Positions 63,501 through 64,000 of a stretch of DNA of 64,000 nt are shown one piece after another (position 1 is the stretch's first letter; each line of letters begins with the position of its first letter). The stretch is from Catajapyx aquilonaris (lineage: Eukaryota), in assembly GCA_000934665.2 (NCBI GenBank), contig KZ538090.1, forward strand, positions 1 through 64,000, read 5' to 3'. The position numbers and the translations under genes are program-made. Below the pieces are notes generated by a model. It made no database searches. It had not been told where the DNA came from and saw only the letters and a program-made list of their open reading frames with translations.

Positions 63501-63896
63501 ACCATATGAGAAGATCCACTTCATATTGTCGTACTTGAGCATCCCCATCATTGGGAGCATGGTCCCTAGGATGGCCTTCAAGAAGGGAACTATACCAAAC
63601 ACATTGACAGAGGCCAGAGTAGCCATTGTCTGCACCAAGAAAAACTGTGGCACCACTCCCGGCTGAAATTTAAGCAAAAGTCCCTCCATGACTTCATGGC
63701 AAAATCGCTGGCCCAAAGCCACAAGTATTCCTGAGGCCGGCTTCTGGTAGTCTGGAATAACATCGCCAGTTATGGTGATTTCATTCACAGCTAGGGTTAC
63801 TAGAGCTGGCACTTCATTTGGGTCTATAAAGTCCACTTCTTCTTTGCAGATGGACTCCAAGGCACAGAGGAAGACTACTCTCTGTTGCACTGCCAG
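51593..63896 (-). CDS. MROH1: Maestro HEAT-like repeat protein 1 (MROH1/HEATR7A), multi-exon; the 5' end lies beyond the right edge of the window
   Basis: Many in-phase exons, for example 63896-63503 (FGIVPFLKAILGTMLPMMG), 62308-62157 (KFSEAISDYLVN), KNHCEVLRCFDIL, MLWPHLLEY, HLDIVLARLE, LLVPRCTDP, LLLHLNDQSPQVVKACK, 51908-51806, and last exon 51738-51593 (LLKDPSKEVRVKAAEA..FG*). Confidence 0.92.
57229..57999 (+). mobile_element. Degenerate, internally deleted mariner transposon in an MROH1 intron
   Basis: Long imperfect TIRs GAGGGTCATTTTAAAATTAAGTTCCGATGAGCTGT versus the reverse complement GAGGGCTATTTTTTAACTAAGTTCCGATGAGCTGT. A relic transposase C-terminus KMVPRYDK*LNREGDYVEK lies at about 57840-57900, and a decayed YSPDL-like FSHDL at about 57635. 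Confidence 0.8.
58614..58676 (-). other. U12-type (minor spliceosome) GT-AG intron in MROH1, 63 nt
   Basis: Donor GTATCCTTT, branch site TTCCTTAAT (58632-58624) close to the 3' end, no polypyrimidine tract. The phase 2 join restores LDTLTSLL-KLPPKQ. Confidence 0.88.
61582..61813. mobile_element. pogo/Tigger-type MITE relic, spanning an N gap at 61759-61769
   Basis: Imperfect TIRs TACTGCATTTGAAGGCATATAAAATGCA versus the reverse complement TGCTGTATTTGATGGCAAATAAGACACA; internal TATAAGACGCAC-like repeats. Confidence 0.5.
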
Positions 63897-64000
63897 CTGA
63901 AAATTAATAAGAACGCAAGGATTAAAGCCACCTATCACATACCCAGAAAAGTCAAGCAATAAAATTATAATTGAGGAAACAGACTGCCATTTTAATGACC

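Noticed and set aside
1..64000. CRISPR array, operon or prokaryotic defence system
   Set aside because: The sequence is intron-rich eukaryotic DNA with no repeat-spacer array and no uninterrupted bacterial-type genes.

Overview
This is eukaryotic genomic DNA, most likely arthropod, with spliceosomal introns, so the six-frame ORF track is mostly exon fragments or noise. There are no CRISPR, rRNA or prokaryotic features. I assembled exon chains by hand from GT/AG sites and phase continuity; family names come from recalled motifs, not database searches. Left to right: (1) a long intron and the first coding exon of a minus-strand K-Cl cotransporter (kcc/SLC12A-like), with a candidate recursive splice site; (2) a 24-exon thioester-dead, LDLa-containing Mcr/CD109-like TEP (1644 aa); (3) CWC25, apparently lacking its N-terminal CIR_N domain; (4) a 5-exon orphan gene resembling SPATA48/SPMIP7 whose ATG is only 50 nt after the stop of an asteroid gene; (5) two diverged tandem asteroid/ASTE1 PIN-nuclease paralogs; (6) a divergently transcribed double-MYND/MSS51-like gene; (7) the 3' part of MROH1, containing a U12-type intron. 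Non-coding DNA holds two tRNA-derived SINEs, MITEs with intact TSDs (including a piggyBac-type MITE with TTAG TSDs nested in another MITE), a mariner relic and several long palindromes. The best candidates for something new are the asteroid-B/orphan-gene overlap (possible dicistronic or alternative-polyadenylation switch), the truncated CWC25 and the diverged asteroid pair.
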